Part shown: positions 62,095-64,000 of the stretch, piece after piece
How the letters are laid out: every line of letters starts with the position of its first letter
Numbering within the stretch: position 1 is the first letter of the stretch
DNA from: Octopus vulgaris
Taxonomy: Eukaryota
Direction: 5' to 3'
DNA: 64,000 nt
Assembly (NCBI GenBank): GCA_951406725.2
Contig: OX597819.1
Coordinates: 5,208,001-5,272,000, forward strand
Position numbers and translations under genes: made by a program
Notes under the pieces: generated by a model
Told to the model about the DNA's origin: nothing
The model's database searches: none
What the model saw: only the letters and a program-made list of their open reading frames with translations

Positions 62095-62660
62095 TGAATA
62101 GCCTGGGCAAAGTTCAGAGAGCTCTTACCTCTGCTGGTGACAAAAGGCCTCTCACTCAGGAAAAGGCAGACTGTAAGATGCATGTGTACGAACAGCCATG
62201 CTACATGGCAGTGAAACATGGGTCGTGGCTGCTGAGGATATGCGTAAGCTTGCAAGGAATGAAGCCAGTATGCCCCGATGGATGTGTAATGTCAGTGTTC
62301 ATACTCGACAGAGTGTAAGTACCTTGAGAGAAAAGTTGGACCTAAGAAGCATCAGTTATGGTGTGCAAGAGAGACGATTGCGCTGGTATGGGCATGTGGC
62401 GAGAATGGATGAAGATAGTTGTGTGAAAAAGTGCCACACCCTAGCGGTTGAGGGAACCTGTGGAAGAGGTAGACACAGGAAAACCTGGGACGAGGTGGTG
62501 AAGCACGACCTTCGAACATTAGGTCTCACCAAGGAAATGACTAGTGACCAAGACCTTTGGAAGTATGCTGTATGTGAGAAGACCCGGCAGGACAAGTGAG
62601 ACCATAACCTGTGGCCTTTACCTGAGATGTAGCCAGTCCACTTATGCATACCTTTCCTTC
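62095..62660 (+). mobile_element. RTE LINE RT C-terminal fragment
   Basis: MLHGSETWVVAAEDMRKLARNEASM..RRLRWYGHVARM..RKTWDEVVKHDL. Confidence 0.88.
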
Positions 62661-62939
62661 TTGGGACACCAGGTTCCAGTCTGATTTGGCTTGGTTTCTA
62701 AGGCTGGATGTCATTCCTAATGCTAACCACTTTATACTGTGCTGGGTGCTTTTAATGTGGCACCAGTACAAGCGCTTTTATGTAATGCCAGCACATAAAA
62801 GGTCAATCCTCTTCATCAGGAAGAGAGGCCTTAACACCTCTGTTGTGGAGGATGGGTTTTCTAGAATACAGTAAGATGCTAGATATCTCAATCATTGGCA
62901 CCGTGCTGAACACAAGAAGACCTGTCCTCTTTTCAAAAC

Positions 62940-62989
<50 letters not shown>

Positions 62990-62991
<2 letters not shown>

Positions 62992-63371
62992 AGCACTCCG
63001 TCGGTTGCGACGATGAGGGTCCCAGCTGATACGATCAACGGAACAGCTTGCTCGTGATATTAACGTGCAAGTGGCTGAGCACTCCACAGACATGTGTACC
63101 CTTAACGTAGTTCTCGAGGAGATTCAGCGTGACACAGAGCGTGACAAGGCTGGCCCTTTGAAATACAGGTACAAGAGAAACAGGAAGAAACAGCGAGAGA
63201 AAGTTGTGGTGAAAGAGTACAGCAGGGTTCACCACCACTCCCTGCTGGAGCCTCGTGGAGCTTTAGGTGTTTTCGCTCAATAAACACTCACAATGCCCGG
63301 TCTGGGAATCAAAACCGCGATCCTCTGACCGCGAGTCTGCTGCCCTAACCACTGGGCCATTGCGCCTCCAC
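62990..63371 (-). mobile_element. SINE-C
   Basis: Family match, embedded in (TA)n. Confidence 0.83.
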
Positions 63372-64000
63372 GTATATATATATATCATTTTGTCAAAGCA
63401 AATATTTGCACCTTCATTGACAGCTACTGTGATAATTCTTATTTGATAAAGATCTAATATTTTTCTAAGCCTATATAAAAATCTCACTCATCTTTGAAAC
63501 CTTTAAAATGATAAACCACAACTCAGATCTTGGTCCTTTAGCATTCAGATTACTCTGTCAAATGTAATGCTTATTTATACACGTTGTTTTGAATTTATCA
63601 TCTACTATCTTGTAACTTCGATATTTCGATGGTATGATAGTTTATTTTAAGAATGATATTGTAGGGTAAGTGTGAGAGGCTGGATCTGGCTGATTTAATC
63701 ATAAAACAAGTAGAATATCTGAGCCTGATATGTTCAATCAAAGAGTGAATCAAAGGCCTGATATATCAAAGGCTGAAGGAACTTTCAAGAAATGACTGAA
63801 GTCTTTGCTACCTCTTCTATGACACTAATAAATTTCCGTCTGTAATATTTTATTGTTGGACATAATTTTCAATCTTAAATACTTGGACAGAGCCAGCACA
63901 GAATGCATATCGGAGCAGACAAAGGGAGATATGCAAAGAAGTAATCTGAGCAAACCTGAGGACACTGCACCTCGAAGAAGACATGGTATAGGACTGTAAC

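Overview
AT-rich, repeat-dense eukaryotic DNA. The repeat repertoire looks like Octopus or another coleoid cephalopod, but that is my inference and no search was run. Two convergent spliced genes were assembled by hand from GT-AG exons with consistent phases. The first is the 3' part of a PLEKHF2/Phafin2-like PH-FYVE gene (+ strand, 5 exons, 3964-18409). The second is an apparently complete NCAPH2 (condensin II kleisin CAP-H2) coding sequence (- strand, 18 exons, 61372-27264, 1809 nt, 602 aa). Introns and the intergenic gap hold three tRNA-type SINE families, RTE, CR1 and HERO LINE relics, a Penelope GIY-YIG relic, non-autonomous Helitrons, Tc1, maT and piggyBac-type relics, foldbacks and microsatellites. 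Almost all ORFs in the supplied track are repeat artefacts. The less expected signals are several minimal hammerhead-ribozyme-like motifs (two share a non-canonical CUGUAGA core), a SINE found as head + n x body multimers with the same junction at two loci, repeated local inverted templated insertions, and a TSD-bounded bipartite RTE mini-element. I found no evidence for a wholly new protein-coding system.
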